From the NCBI GenBank assembly GCA_964529325.1, contig CAZGWH010000001.1:66872-130871 (forward strand): a stretch of DNA of 64,000 nucleotides. Direction: 5' to 3'. The notes beneath the pieces were generated by a model that saw nothing but the letters and a program-made list of their open reading frames with translations, did no database searches and was not told the origin of the DNA. A program made the position numbers and the translations under genes. This DNA is from an uncultured bacterium. GTDB lineage: Bacteria > Fidelibacterota > Marinisomatia > SCGC-AAA003-L08 > GCA-2689995. Below are positions 28,156-39,696 of this stretch, piece after piece. The stretch's first letter is position 1, and each line of letters begins with the position of its first letter.

Positions 28156-29622
28156 ATGAAATATACTGAATTTATATCATTATCAAAAAAATACAAAACA
28201 ATACCTGTTTATAAACGGATTATTGCAGATTTACTCACACCTATTTCTGCATATATGAAACTCACAAAAACCTCAACATATTCATTTATTTTTGAATCCG
28301 TTGAAAAAGGTGAGCAATATGGACGATATTCATTTATTGGTAGAGATCCAATAAAAATATATAAAGCTGAAAATCAAAATTCTTATAATCTCATAAATAA
28401 TTCTTGGGAAATAATAAATAAACCATTTCTTCATATTTTAAGAAATGAATTAAAAAATTATAATGCTCCTAAATTGGAAAGCCTTCCATCATTTACTGGA
28501 GGATGGGTGGGAAATTTAGGATATGAAAGTATTCAATGGATTGAAAATATTCCAGTTCATACAAAAGATAATATTAATACACCGGATGCAATGTTTATGC
28601 TTTTCAATGAAATTATTGCATTTGATCATTTAAAAAATGAAATTATTTTATTTTCAAATGTACATATAACAAAAAATACACAATTAAAAAATGCCTATAA
28701 TGAAGCGAATGATAAAATTGATAAAATGGGAGAATCGTTACATGCAGATATAGATTACCAAACCCCAAAAAAATCTAAAAAATCAAAATCAAAATCAAAT
28801 GTTTCAAAAATAAAATTCTTAAATTCAATCAAAAAGACAAAAGAATATATAAAATCAGGCGATGTATTCCAACTTGTTTTAAGTCAACAATTTAGCCGGG
28901 AAACAAATATAGATCCAATAACCTTATATAGAGCATTACGCATAATAAACCCATCGCCTTATATGTTTTTATTGAACATGGGTGGGTTTGAAATCATTGG
29001 TGCTTCACCAGAATTACTTGTAAAAGTTGAAAATGAAAATATTGAAATAAGACCTATTGCTGGTACTCGCCCAAGAGGAAAGAATTCCATAGAGGATATT
29101 GAATTATCAAAAGATTTATTAAATGATGAAAAAGAAAGAGCAGAACATTTAATGTTAGTTGATTTAGGGCGAAATGATGTTGGAAAGTCCGCCGAGATAA
29201 ATTCAGTAAAGGTAAAAGAATTTATGGAGGTTGAATATTATTCTCATGTGATGCATATTGTGTCAGATATTCAAGGAAAATTAGCGAAAGGAAATGATGT
29301 TTTTGATGCTCTATACTCAGGATTTCCCGCTGGAACACTTACTGGTGCACCCAAAATAAGAGCGATGGAAATAATTAATAAATTAGAAAATTGTAAACGC
29401 GGAGTATATTCTGGGGCGATTGGATATTTTGATTTTACTGGCGATATGAATACTTGCATCGCAATTAGAACAATGGTATTAAAAGACAATATTGTTTATT
29501 TCCAATCGGGAGCAGGGATTGTATATGATTCCGACCCTGAAAAAGAATACGAGGAAACTATAAATAAAGCAAAAGCAATAAATTCGGCAATTGACTTTGC
29601 TGAAAATGGATTAATTCAATGA
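28156..29622 (+). CDS. trpE: Anthranilate synthase component I
   Basis: 488 aa with the chorismate-binding C-terminal pattern (GAPKIRAMEII, GYFDFTGDM, GAGIVYDSDPEKEYEET). Confidence 0.95.
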   Translation: MKYTEFISLSKKYKTIPVYKRIIADLLTPISAYMKLTKTSTYSFIFESVEKGEQYGRYSFIGRDPIKIYKAENQNSYNLINNSWEIINKPFLHILRNELKNYNAPKLESLPSFTGGWVGNLGYESIQWIENIPVHTKDNINTPDAMFMLFNEIIAFDHLKNEIILFSNVHITKNTQLKNAYNEANDKIDKMGESLHADIDYQTPKKSKKSKSKSNVSKIKFLNSIKKTKEYIKSGDVFQLVLSQQFSRETNIDPITLYRALRIINPSPYMFLLNMGGFEIIGASPELLVKVENENIEIRPIAGTRPRGKNSIEDIELSKDLLNDEKERAEHLMLVDLGRNDVGKSAEINSVKVKEFMEVEYYSHVMHIVSDIQGKLAKGNDVFDALYSGFPAGTLTGAPKIRAMEIINKLENCKRGVYSGAIGYFDFTGDMNTCIAIRTMVLKDNIVYFQSGAGIVYDSDPEKEYEETINKAKAINSAIDFAENGLIQ

Positions 29623-30206
29623 TATTGATAATTGATAATTATGATTCTTTCACCTATAATTTAGTGCAATATATTGGCTCAATAAATCCAAATCTTGAAG
29701 TTATTAGAAATGACAAAATTACATTTGAAGAAATAAAGGAAAAAAATCCTACACATATCGTCATCTCTCCCGGACCAGGAAAACCAGAAGATGCAGGGAT
29801 TTCAATTGAAATTATTAAAGAATTTGGAGAATATATTCCTATTCTTGGAATTTGCCTAGGTCATCAAGCAATTACAGTTGCTTTTGGTGGAAATGTAGAT
29901 AGATCTGATGAAATTATACATGGAAAAACATCAATCATAAATCATTTTGATTCAAAATTGTTTCATAATATTCCCCAACAATTTAATGCAACACGATATC
30001 ATTCATTAGTTGCAATGAAAGAGGAATTTCCAACAGAATTAAAAATTACTGCCGAATTAAAAAATGGATTAATTATGGGACTTGAACATAAAAAGTTTCC
30101 AATTTATGGGGTGCAATTTCACCCTGAATCTATCGTTACAGAATATGGTATGCAGTTAATAGAAAACTTTATTAATATTTCTAAAATAAATACTCAAAAA
30201 AAATAG
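29619..30206 (+). CDS. trpG: Anthranilate synthase component II (glutamine amidotransferase)
   Basis: 195 aa. Class I GATase triad context GICLGHQ and QFHPES. ATGA overlap with trpE. Confidence 0.9.
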   Translation: MILIIDNYDSFTYNLVQYIGSINPNLEVIRNDKITFEEIKEKNPTHIVISPGPGKPEDAGISIEIIKEFGEYIPILGICLGHQAITVAFGGNVDRSDEIIHGKTSIINHFDSKLFHNIPQQFNATRYHSLVAMKEEFPTELKITAELKNGLIMGLEHKKFPIYGVQFHPESIVTEYGMQLIENFINISKINTQKK

Positions 30207-30246
30207 AAGTATTATTGATAAAGATAAAAAATACAAAAGAATATAT

Positions 30247-31251
30247 ATGAAAAAAATAATAGAACAATTATTAGGACATCAAAGCCTAACTCAAAAAGAG
30301 TCAAGAAATGTAATGTACAACATCATGTCAGGTGAATTTAATGATGCACAAATTTCAGGCTTTTTAATTGCATTAAGGGCGAAAGGTGAATCCTCTGCTG
30401 AAATTGCAGGATTTGCTCAAGCAATGAGAGAAAAAATGACACCAATCAATATTCAAAGCGATGCAATGGATATGTGTGGTACAGGTGGTGATGCGAAAGG
30501 GACATTCAATATTTCAACAGCGTCTTCATTTATAGTCGCAGGTGCAGGCGTTCATGTTGCAAAGCATGGCAATCGCTCCATGACTTCCAAATCAGGATCT
30601 GCAGATGTATTAACAGCATTAGGAGTTGATATTACATTGTCTCCTGAAAAAGTGTCTAAATGTATTGATGAAATTGGAATTGGTTTTATGTTCGCCCCTT
30701 CCTTACACCCTGCAATGAAATACGCAATGGGTGCACGAACTGCACTTGCAACCCGAACCGTATTTAACATATTGGGCCCCTTGTGTAATCCTGCAGGAGT
30801 AAAAAGACAATTAGTTGGTATTTTTGAAGGAAGCCTTACGGATAAAATAGCTGAAGTATTAAAAAAATTAGAATCTAAAACAGCAATGATAGTTCATGGA
30901 TATGATGGATTAGACGAAATTTCAACTACATCTTCAACAAAAATTAGCTATTTAAAAATGGACCAAACTATAAAATCAATGGCAATTTCACCTTCTGATT
31001 TTGGCTTCTCTACAACGACCCTTGAAAATTTAAAAGGTGGAACACCTGAAGAAAATGCAAAAATAATTATGAATATTTTAGACGGAACGGACAAAGGACC
31101 CAAAAGAGATATACTTATTTTAAATGCAGCAGGTGGAATACTCGTTGGCGGTAAAGTAGATTCATTCAAAGATGGAATTAAATATGCAGAAGAATCATTA
31201 GAATCAGGAGAAGCCTTAAATAAATTGAAAAAACTAATTGCGATAAAATGA
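30247..31251 (+). CDS. trpD: Anthranilate phosphoribosyltransferase
   Basis: 334 aa. Contains CGTGGDAKGTFNIST and KHGNRSMTSKSGSADVL. Confidence 0.95.
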   Translation: MKKIIEQLLGHQSLTQKESRNVMYNIMSGEFNDAQISGFLIALRAKGESSAEIAGFAQAMREKMTPINIQSDAMDMCGTGGDAKGTFNISTASSFIVAGAGVHVAKHGNRSMTSKSGSADVLTALGVDITLSPEKVSKCIDEIGIGFMFAPSLHPAMKYAMGARTALATRTVFNILGPLCNPAGVKRQLVGIFEGSLTDKIAEVLKKLESKTAMIVHGYDGLDEISTTSSTKISYLKMDQTIKSMAISPSDFGFSTTTLENLKGGTPEENAKIIMNILDGTDKGPKRDILILNAAGGILVGGKVDSFKDGIKYAEESLESGEALNKLKKLIAIK

Positions 31252-32030
31252 ATATTCTTGATAAAATTATTGAGAAGAAGCAAACTGAAATTGAAATTGC
31301 ATCAAAGATTAACCCCATTGAACAATTAAAAGAAACACAACGATTATTTCAAATTAGAGATTTTAAAAATTCATTAATTTCAAATGAGGTTTCAATTATT
31401 GCAGAAATAAAATTTAAGTCACCATCAGCAGGAAACTTATTAAAAAATATACTTCCAGGGGAAATATCAAAATCATACGAAATTAATGGAGCATCTGCAA
31501 TTTCAGTGCTCACAGATAATCATTTTTTTGGTGGAAATTTAAATTTCATTCATGAAGTGAAGTCAAATTGTGAAATACCTGTTTTAAGAAAAGATTTCAT
31601 TATTACTGAATATCAAATTTGGGAGTCCTTTACTTTTGGAGCTGATGCAATATTATTGATTTCTGATGCATTAGAATTTGAAAAATTAAAAGACTTATAC
31701 CAATTATCAAAAGAATTAGGTTTATCAGTTTTACTCGAAAGCCACTCAAAAGAATCTCTTGATAATGCATTAAAATTAAACCCTGAATTATTAGGAATTA
31801 ATTGTCGAAATTTAAAAACAATGAAAACTGATTTAGATTGGTTTAAAAATTGTATCTCAGATATTGATCATGAATGTATTAAAATAGCTGAAAGTGGAAT
31901 AAATAACCCAAATGATTTACAATTAATTAAAAAATTAGGTTATGACGGAGCTTTAATTGGTACACTATTTATGAAAAGTGGGGAACCTGGAAATGCACTT
32001 GCAAAACTTTTAGGTCGAGTCCCAAAATGA
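31248..32030 (+). CDS. trpC: Indole-3-glycerol phosphate synthase
   Basis: 260 aa. Contains IAEIKFKSPS, LRKDFI and INCRNL motifs. Confidence 0.9.
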   Translation: MNILDKIIEKKQTEIEIASKINPIEQLKETQRLFQIRDFKNSLISNEVSIIAEIKFKSPSAGNLLKNILPGEISKSYEINGASAISVLTDNHFFGGNLNFIHEVKSNCEIPVLRKDFIITEYQIWESFTFGADAILLISDALEFEKLKDLYQLSKELGLSVLLESHSKESLDNALKLNPELLGINCRNLKTMKTDLDWFKNCISDIDHECIKIAESGINNPNDLQLIKKLGYDGALIGTLFMKSGEPGNALAKLLGRVPK

Positions 32031-32668
32031 TACCCATAAAAATTTGTGGAATATCAAATATCGAAAGTTTAAAAATTATATTAAAATACCCTGTATCTGC
32101 GATTGGATTTATTTTTTACAATAAAAGTCCGCGGTTTATTACGCCAATTGAAGCAACTGAACTATCAAAACATATTCCCCAATCTATAAAAAAAGTGGGT
32201 GTTTTTGTTAATGAAACAGTTGAAAAAGTTAAACAGATTTGTAATCATGTAAAATTAGATTTTATTCAATTACATGGTAATGAAGACCAAGATTACATCA
32301 ATAATTTTTCAACTCCAATTATAAAAGCAATAAGAGTTGGAAATGATTTCACCTCTCAATCTCTAACAAATTATAAAGTACATTCATTTTTATTAGATAC
32401 ATTTCAACCTGGTATATTTGGCGGAACAGGTGAAACATTTAATTGGGATTTAATCAAAAAACGAGACTCCCCTATTCCCATTATTTTATCTGGAGGCTTA
32501 AACCCTCAAAATATTATGACCGCAGTTAATAAAGTAAATCCATCAGCTATTGATATTAATAGTGGTGTTGAAAAATGTCCAGGTGAAAAAGATGATATGA
32601 AAATTTCGACATTATTTAGTAAATTAATAATTAAAAAACAAAAAATAAATATTTTTAATGAAATATAA
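32027..32668 (+). CDS. trpF: Phosphoribosylanthranilate isomerase
   Basis: 213 aa. Contains IKICGI, a FIQLHG pattern, and sits between trpC and trpB. Confidence 0.85.
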   Translation: MIPIKICGISNIESLKIILKYPVSAIGFIFYNKSPRFITPIEATELSKHIPQSIKKVGVFVNETVEKVKQICNHVKLDFIQLHGNEDQDYINNFSTPIIKAIRVGNDFTSQSLTNYKVHSFLLDTFQPGIFGGTGETFNWDLIKKRDSPIPIILSGGLNPQNIMTAVNKVNPSAIDINSGVEKCPGEKDDMKISTLFSKLIIKKQKINIFNEI

Positions 32669-33857
32669 TCAACCTGATAGATTTGGACATTTTAATCAAT
32701 TTGGTGGAAAATATGTCCCCGAGACATTAATTCCTGCGATTTCAGAATTAGAAAATTTATATTTATCAAAAAAATCTAATCCTAAATTTAATTCTACATT
32801 AAATAAATTATTAAAACATTATTCAGGTCGCCCAACTCCTTTATACTTTGCTAAAAGAATTTCAGATGACCTTGGTTTTAATGTCTATTTGAAAAGAGAA
32901 GACTTAAATCATACAGGTGCACACAAAATAAACAATGCATTAGGACAAATTTTATTGGCAAAAAAAATGGGTAAAACCAGAATAATTGCCGAAACGGGTG
33001 CGGGTATGCATGGAGTAGCAACTGCGACAGTATCTGCTCAATTTGGATTAAAATGCGTTATTTATATGGGCGAAGAAGATATAAGAAGACAAAAATTAAA
33101 TGTATTCCGAATGAATTTACTTGGTGCAGAAGTTAGACCTGTTTCATCTGGAAGCAAAACTTTAAAAGATGCAACCAATGAAGCAATTCGTGATTGGGTA
33201 ACGAATGTAGAAAATACTTATTACTTAATTGGTTCTGTTGTAGGTCCACATCCATACCCAATGATGGTTAGAGATTTTCAATCAATTATTGGATCTGAAA
33301 CGAAACAACAATTTAGAGAAATAAAAGGTTCAGCTACTGCATTACCCAATTTCGTAATTGCATGTGTTGGAGGCGGTTCAAATGCAATAGGAATGTTTTA
33401 CCCATTTATAAATGACAATGTTAAATTAATTGGAGTTGAAGCTGGAGGGCATGGTGTACATACGGATAAACATGCAGCTACTATGACAAAAGGCGAATTA
33501 GGAATTCTTCATGGTTCAGCAAGTTACTTACTTCAAACAGAGGATGGCCAAATTAAACTCCCGCATTCTATTTCTGCTGGATTAGATTATCCCGGAGTTG
33601 GCCCAGAACATAGTTTGCTGAAATTTACAAATAAAGCTAATTATTTTTCAGTAACTGATGATGAGGCCGTTTCTGCGTTTCAATGGTTAAGTAAAAAAGA
33701 AGGCATTTTACCAGCGTTAGAATCCTCTCATGCACTTGCTTATTTAAAACAAAAGGATAATGGAATAAAACCCAATCAAAATGTGATTATTTGCCTTTCT
33801 GGGCGTGGAGATAAAGATGTGCATACAATTGCAGATTATTTAGGTACCGAAATTTGA
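32658..33857 (+). CDS. trpB: Tryptophan synthase beta chain
   Basis: 399 aa. PLP-lysine context [11 protein letters not shown], plus ETGAGMHG and GGGSNAIG. Confidence 0.97.
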   Translation: MKYNQPDRFGHFNQFGGKYVPETLIPAISELENLYLSKKSNPKFNSTLNKLLKHYSGRPTPLYFAKRISDDLGFNVYLKREDLNHTGAHKINNALGQILLAKKMGKTRIIAETGAGMHGVATATVSAQFGLKCVIYMGEEDIRRQKLNVFRMNLLGAEVRPVSSGSKTLKDATNEAIRDWVTNVENTYYLIGSVVGPHPYPMMVRDFQSIIGSETKQQFREIKGSATALPNFVIACVGGGSNAIGMFYPFINDNVKLIGVEAGGHGVHTDKHAATMTKGELGILHGSASYLLQTEDGQIKLPHSISAGLDYPGVGPEHSLLKFTNKANYFSVTDDEAVSAFQWLSKKEGILPALESSHALAYLKQKDNGIKPNQNVIICLSGRGDKDVHTIADYLGTEI

Positions 33858-34624
33858 ATCGTATAAGTAACATTTTTAAAACTAAATCTGAAAAAGTAAT
33901 TCCTTTTTTAACTGCTGGATACCCAGCTTTAAATGATACTATAAATTTGGTACTATCAGCTGAAAAAGCAGGTGCAGATATGATTGAGTTAGGAATGCCA
34001 TTTTCTGACCCGCTCGCAGATGGTCCAATTATTCAAAAAGCAAGTCAAATCGCAATTGAAAATGGTGTAAATATAAAATGGATTTTAGAAACTGTATCTA
34101 AAATTAGAACAAATTCTGAAATTCCAATCATTTTAATGGGATATATAAATCCAATAATTAAATATGGTTTAAATAAGTTTTTAACGGAATGTAATTCAAG
34201 TGGCGTTGACGGTTTAATTATTCCTGATTTACCACCAGAAGAGGCAAAAGAATTCATAGAAAAATGTAAATTAAACAAAATTAGTCCAATATTATTAATA
34301 GCTCCAAACACTGAAAATAAACGGATAAAATATATTTCTCATTTAGCGGGGGATTTAATTTATTGCGTTTCAATTTTAGGAATAACAGGATCAAAATCTT
34401 CAAAGAATAATAATCTTGAAAAATATTTACAACGCGTAAAAACATATAGCGAATGTCCATTTGTTGTTGGGTTTGGAATTTCTACTCGAAATGATGTGAT
34501 AAGTATTAATAAAATCTCTGATGGAGCAGTAATCGGAAGTGCAATTATTAATAAATTCAATAAAAATGAACCGCCCCAAGAAACAGTATTCAACTATATC
34601 AAGGAATTAAAAGGAAATGAATAA
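33854..34624 (+). CDS. trpA: Tryptophan synthase alpha chain
   Basis: 256 aa. Contains [17 protein letters not shown] and GFGIS. Confidence 0.95.
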   Translation: MNRISNIFKTKSEKVIPFLTAGYPALNDTINLVLSAEKAGADMIELGMPFSDPLADGPIIQKASQIAIENGVNIKWILETVSKIRTNSEIPIILMGYINPIIKYGLNKFLTECNSSGVDGLIIPDLPPEEAKEFIEKCKLNKISPILLIAPNTENKRIKYISHLAGDLIYCVSILGITGSKSSKNNNLEKYLQRVKTYSECPFVVGFGISTRNDVISINKISDGAVIGSAIINKFNKNEPPQETVFNYIKELKGNE

Positions 34625-35186
34625 AATAGGACTACAAGGGGCAAAAGGAAGCTTTAGTGAAGAAGCCTCTATATTATTTGCAAAAAATCATGGTTTAGAA
34701 AATTATCAACTTGAATATTTAATAAGCTCAGAAAATGTTTTAAATTCATTAGAAAATGGAGAAATTGATTACGGTATAATTGCCATGGAAAATGCTCAAG
34801 GAGGTGTTGTCATTGAAAGTGTAAATGCACTTGCTGGACACCGTTGTAAAATTTTAGAAATGTTTCACTTACAAATTAGTCAAAATTTACTTGTTATTCC
34901 AGGGACACATATTGGCCAAATAACAGAAATACATTCACATCAACAGGCACTTCGACAATGTAAAAATTATTTATCTGAACATTTCTGGACAAGGCCATTA
35001 GTTGAATCAGATGATACAGCAGAAGCCGCAAGAAGACTGCGAGAGGGTGAGTTACCAGATACAATTGGTGTAATTGGAAGTCGCTATTGTGCAGAATTTT
35101 ATAATCTATCAATTCTTGAACCAGATATTCATGATTTAAAAAACAATCTAACCTTATTTTTAGGGATTAAAAAATATGGCAATTAA
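34617..35186 (+). CDS. pheA: Prephenate (or arogenate) dehydratase, catalytic PDT domain only (no ACT domain)
   Basis: 189 aa with a PDT pattern: GAKGSFSEEA, ENAQGGVV, SHQQALRQC, and NLTLFLGI at the extreme C-terminus. The usual regulatory ACT domain of about 80 aa is missing. Confidence 0.75.
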   Translation: MNKIGLQGAKGSFSEEASILFAKNHGLENYQLEYLISSENVLNSLENGEIDYGIIAMENAQGGVVIESVNALAGHRCKILEMFHLQISQNLLVIPGTHIGQITEIHSHQQALRQCKNYLSEHFWTRPLVESDDTAEAARRLREGELPDTIGVIGSRYCAEFYNLSILEPDIHDLKNNLTLFLGIKKYGN

Positions 35187-36423
35187 AGGTACTTTAAAAC
35201 TACCTGGGGATAAATCAATTTCTCATAGAGCACTATTATTTTCTACATTCACTAAAGGAAAAAATTTAATTCATAATATTTCAACAGGCGAAGATGTAGA
35301 ATCTACTCGTATATGTTTATTAAATAGTGGTGTGAAATCTTCTAAAAAAAATAATTCAGTTGAAATATTTGGCGGAAAATTAAAAGATTCATTAACTCCT
35401 CTTAATTGCGGAAACTCAGGCACAACAACTCGCTTAATTGCAGGACTACTTTCAGGGCAAGAAATAAATGCAACACTCATTGGGGATCAATCACTTTCAT
35501 CTCGACCCATGGATAGAATTATTAATCCATTAATTTTAATGGGATCAGATATTAAATCAAATAATTCGCAATTACCTTTAACAATATTTTCATCGATTTT
35601 AAATGGTATTGAATATGAAATTCCCGTAGCGAGTGCTCAAGTAAAATCATGTTTAATTTTAGCAGGATTAGGTGCAAAAACACCATCTCAATTCTATGAA
35701 AAAACGCCAACACGAGATCATACAGAAATAATGTTAGAAAAAATGGGTGCAGATTTATCTGTAGAAAATAATTTAATTACCGTAAACCCATTAACTCAAA
35801 CGCTTAATAATTATGAAATTAGTGTTCCTGGAGACCCATCTACTGCAGGTTTTTTTATTGGTGCAACATTAATTATTCCAAATTCTAAACTAATTATAAA
35901 AAATTTACTATTAAATCCTTCACGAATTGGTTTAATCAAAGTACTTAAAAAAATGAATGCTCAAATTCATATCATCAGACAGTGGGATGAAATTGGTGAA
36001 ACAGTTGGAGATATTCAAGTTTCATATAGTCAATTAAATTCAATTGATTTAGTTAAGGAAGATATTCCTTCAATGGTTGACGAACTTCCTATTTTTGCAT
36101 TGATTGCATCTCAAGCTGATGGAATTACAAGAGTTATGGGTGCAGAAGAACTCCGTGTAAAAGAATCAGATAGAATTAAAGCAATTTGTATTAATATGAA
36201 AGAAATAGGTGTAAATATTGTTGAACTTAAAGATGGATTTATAATTGAAGGAAACTCAAACTTAAAAGGAGGTCATATAAAAACCTTTAATGACCATCGA
36301 ATTGCAATGACTTTTGAAATCGCGGATTTACTTTCTAATGAAAAAATAATTATAGATAATCCTAATTGTATTGACATTTCCTACCCCGAATTCAAAGAGA
36401 CTTTAAAGGAAATTTCCATATAA
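35176..36423 (+). CDS. aroA: 3-phosphoshikimate 1-carboxyvinyltransferase (EPSP synthase)
   Basis: 415 aa. Contains LPGDKSISHRALL, NCGNSGTTTRL and DHRIAM. Confidence 0.95.
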   Translation: MAIKGTLKLPGDKSISHRALLFSTFTKGKNLIHNISTGEDVESTRICLLNSGVKSSKKNNSVEIFGGKLKDSLTPLNCGNSGTTTRLIAGLLSGQEINATLIGDQSLSSRPMDRIINPLILMGSDIKSNNSQLPLTIFSSILNGIEYEIPVASAQVKSCLILAGLGAKTPSQFYEKTPTRDHTEIMLEKMGADLSVENNLITVNPLTQTLNNYEISVPGDPSTAGFFIGATLIIPNSKLIIKNLLLNPSRIGLIKVLKKMNAQIHIIRQWDEIGETVGDIQVSYSQLNSIDLVKEDIPSMVDELPIFALIASQADGITRVMGAEELRVKESDRIKAICINMKEIGVNIVELKDGFIIEGNSNLKGGHIKTFNDHRIAMTFEIADLLSNEKIIIDNPNCIDISYPEFKETLKEISI

Positions 36424-36528
36424 CAATTTTCTACATTTTTTCAATAGTTGTGGATATTAAATAAGCGTTAATTTCTAGTCTATATCTTTTAAGAATTTTA
36501 TTAATTACATATCAATTTGGAGAGTTAA

Positions 36529-38394
36529 ATGATTCGATTATTAAGTAAATTTGTATTCATATCAATTTCAATTATTATTATTTCATTTACTAAAGCAGAA
36601 AGCTATTCATCAACTAGCCCTGAATTAGGTGGAAATGGTTTTGAAGAAATAGCTAAAGAATTAGGCTATACTACCTATATTTTTGATGATGAAGATTTAA
36701 AGTTTTTTGGTGACTCTCGTGCAGTTAAAGGTGGTACTCTCCGCCATGTTACTTCTCGTTTTCCAAATACATTAAGAACCGTCGGACAAAATTCAAATTA
36801 TATTGAAAATTCCACAATAGAAAGTATGTGTTATGAAAGCCTCATTTCAACTCATCCAGTAACTTTAGATTTCGTTCCTGTTCTCGCAACGCATTGGAAA
36901 GTTTCAGATGACAAAATGACTTTCTGGTTCAGGATAAACCCAAAAGCTAAATTTTCAGATGGTATGCCTGTAACTTCAGATGATGTTATCGCAACATGGG
37001 ATTTACTCATGGACGAAACTATTCTTGAACCCTCTTCTCAAATTGTATATGGTAAGTTTGAACCATTTATTGAAAGTAAATATATTGTAAGAGTGGAATG
37101 TAAAAAATTATCATGGCGAAATCTATTATATTTTGGTGGAATGAGTATTCTACCCGCACATATTTTAGATGACATTGATGGATCGGACTATTTAGAAGAA
37201 TATCAATTTAAAATGATGCCTGGTTCGGGTCCATATACAATGTTTACCAAAGATATAAGGAATCAAGAATCATTTATTCTTACACGACGAAACGATTATT
37301 GGAATGCAGATGATCCTACAAGTAAATATTTATATAATTTCAATAAAATAAAATTTATTGTCGTTAAAGATAACTATAATTTAGAATTTGAAAAATTTAA
37401 AAAAGGTGAACAAGATTTTTATACCATGGCTCGTTCGCGAGTTTGGGTTGAAGAAACAGATTTTGAAACCGTTCAAAAAGGATGGATAAAAAAACATCGG
37501 GTTTTTTCAGAAAAGCCTGCTGGTACAAGTGGTTATGCATTTAATATGAGAAAATGGCCATTTAATGATAAAAAACTGAGATATGCATTTTCGTATTTAT
37601 ATGACAGAGAAAAAATGAATAGAGAAATGTATTATAATGAATATAGTATGATGCATTCATTATATTCTGGCTCAGTATATGAGAATCCAAATAATGAAAA
37701 AGTACTTTATAATCCAGAAAAAGCAGTAAAACTGTTACAAGAAGCAGGATATCAAACTAGAAATGAAGAGGGCTGGTTAATACATAATATATCAGGTAAG
37801 GTTCTACGCTTCGAAATTGGAATTGCAAAAGGGTCTGCATATATGGTCACACCTGTTCAGCAAATGATGAAAGAATACGGTATTGATATGCAAATAAAAT
37901 TTGTTGATGGAAATACAAATTGGAATAATTTGATGGAACGGAATTTTACAATTTACATGCAGGCTTGGGGTGGTCTTGTATTTCCAAACCCCGAGACTTC
38001 ATTATTATCTGAATTAGCTGACCAAAATAATAACAACAATATCACTGGTTTTAAAAATGATCGTATAGATGAATTACTGGATATTTATGATAAAGAATTT
38101 GACCAACAAAAACGAATTGAGATAATCCGTGAAATTGACGGAATATATTCAGAAATTCATCCAGCCGCCTGGGGAATTGCTAGAAATTATCAACGATTAA
38201 TGTGGTGGGATGTTTTTGGATATCCTGAATATATAGTTTCCAGATATGGTGGAGATTACAGATCTATTTTTGCATATTGGTGGTTTGATCCTGAAAAAGT
38301 TGCTCGATTAGAAGATGCAAAAAAGAATAATACTTCGCTTCCTGTTGAAGAATTAGATATCAAATTTTGGCCAGAATACTTAAAAAATAATTAA
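36529..38394 (+). CDS. ABC transporter substrate-binding protein, family 5 (peptide/opine/nickel; YejA-like size)
   Basis: 621 aa with a signal peptide and SBP_bac_5-like composition. It is the first gene of a five-gene ABC importer operon. Confidence 0.8.
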   Translation: MIRLLSKFVFISISIIIISFTKAESYSSTSPELGGNGFEEIAKELGYTTYIFDDEDLKFFGDSRAVKGGTLRHVTSRFPNTLRTVGQNSNYIENSTIESMCYESLISTHPVTLDFVPVLATHWKVSDDKMTFWFRINPKAKFSDGMPVTSDDVIATWDLLMDETILEPSSQIVYGKFEPFIESKYIVRVECKKLSWRNLLYFGGMSILPAHILDDIDGSDYLEEYQFKMMPGSGPYTMFTKDIRNQESFILTRRNDYWNADDPTSKYLYNFNKIKFIVVKDNYNLEFEKFKKGEQDFYTMARSRVWVEETDFETVQKGWIKKHRVFSEKPAGTSGYAFNMRKWPFNDKKLRYAFSYLYDREKMNREMYYNEYSMMHSLYSGSVYENPNNEKVLYNPEKAVKLLQEAGYQTRNEEGWLIHNISGKVLRFEIGIAKGSAYMVTPVQQMMKEYGIDMQIKFVDGNTNWNNLMERNFTIYMQAWGGLVFPNPETSLLSELADQNNNNNITGFKNDRIDELLDIYDKEFDQQKRIEIIREIDGIYSEIHPAAWGIARNYQRLMWWDVFGYPEYIVSRYGGDYRSIFAYWWFDPEKVARLEDAKKNNTSLPVEELDIKFWPEYLKNN

Positions 38395-38406
38395 AAAAAG
38401 TATATA

Positions 38407-39696
38407 ATGGGTACATATTTTATAAGACGACTACTATTAATGATTCCAACCTTTATTGGCTGTACGCTTCTTGTATTTTTTATTTTACAAGTTACACCAG
38501 GTGGCCCACTTGAACAAGCAGTTCAAAGACTACAAATGGGAGCAAGTCAAGAAGGTGGAGAGTCAGGCGGTGCAAGTGTATCTGATATTATGGGTGGTGG
38601 CTCCCAAATCCTACCTCAAAAAGCATTAAATGATTTAAAACGATTCTATGGATTTGATAAACCTATTTGGAAAAGGTATCTTATTTGGCTTGGGATATGG
38701 GAACGAGAAATAAAACATAGAGATATTTCATTTAAACCAGGAAAAAATGAAATAATAAAACGGGTTGGAAAAAAGAATCGAAAGAAAATTTATGTAACGG
38801 TTCATAAAAATGATAACCAATTAACAGTCTTTGATGATTCAGGTGAAATAAGCTCGTTATGGCACGCTCATATTGAAAATGAGGATGATGGTGTTTCAGA
38901 AGGTGTTATTTTTCAAACTGAGTATTCAGGGATTCTCACAGGAAATTTGGGGAAATCTTATACTTATCAACAACCTGTCACTGAAGTGATGAAACCCCGA
39001 TTTAAAATTTCTTTATTTTTTGGATTAATTGGAATGACACTCTCATATTTAGTATGTATTCCACTTGGAATAAAAAAAGCATTAAACCATGGTTCTATTT
39101 TTGATTTTACTTCAAGTGTAATGATATTTGTCGCATATTCAATTCCGGGTTGGGCATTTGGTGGGGTTCTACTGGTATTACTAGGTGGAGGCTCATTTTG
39201 GGATGTATTCCCCTTAGGTGGATTTAGATCTCCTTCTGAAATATGGGAATCTTTATCATTATTCGGAAAAATATTAGACCAATTACACCATGCAGTATTG
39301 CCTATATTTGCGTATTCAATTGGAAGTTTTACAACACTTACAGTTCTAATGAAGAACGGACTTCTTGAGCAATTATCTCAAGATTATATTAGAACGGCAT
39401 TTGCCAAAGGAATTTCTGAAAAACGAGCAGTTTGGGTTCATGCAATACGAAATTCATTAATACCAATCGCTGCAGGAATTGGGCATATTCTTGGTATTGT
39501 AATTTCAGGATCATACATTATTGAAAAAGTATTTAATATTGATGGATTTGGTAAAATGTCATTTCAAGCAATTTTAGATAGAGATTATCCAATCGTATTA
39601 TCATTTTTAGTAATAACAGTAATGTTAAAATTAATAGGCAATTTAATATCAGATTTAATTTTAGCCTCTGTTGATCCAAGGATTAGATTTAAATGA
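38407..39696 (+). CDS. Peptide ABC transporter permease (DppB/OppB/YejB-like) with an extended first periplasmic loop
   Basis: N-terminal YFIRRLLLMIPTFIGCTLLVF, typical of OppB/DppB. EAA-loop region DYIRTAFAKGISEKR. 429 aa, versus the roughly 310-360 aa I recall as typical. Confidence 0.85.
   Translation: MGTYFIRRLLLMIPTFIGCTLLVFFILQVTPGGPLEQAVQRLQMGASQEGGESGGASVSDIMGGGSQILPQKALNDLKRFYGFDKPIWKRYLIWLGIWEREIKHRDISFKPGKNEIIKRVGKKNRKKIYVTVHKNDNQLTVFDDSGEISSLWHAHIENEDDGVSEGVIFQTEYSGILTGNLGKSYTYQQPVTEVMKPRFKISLFFGLIGMTLSYLVCIPLGIKKALNHGSIFDFTSSVMIFVAYSIPGWAFGGVLLVLLGGGSFWDVFPLGGFRSPSEIWESLSLFGKILDQLHHAVLPIFAYSIGSFTTLTVLMKNGLLEQLSQDYIRTAFAKGISEKRAVWVHAIRNSLIPIAAGIGHILGIVISGSYIIEKVFNIDGFGKMSFQAILDRDYPIVLSFLVITVMLKLIGNLISDLILASVDPRIRFK

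Noticed and set aside
30552-35480. Minus-strand ORFs inside trpD, trpA, pheA and aroA (30552..30770, 30948..31283, 34045..34311, 34360..34593, 34894..35112, 35271..35480)
   Set aside because: They are antisense to canonical biosynthetic genes in a tightly overlapped operon.
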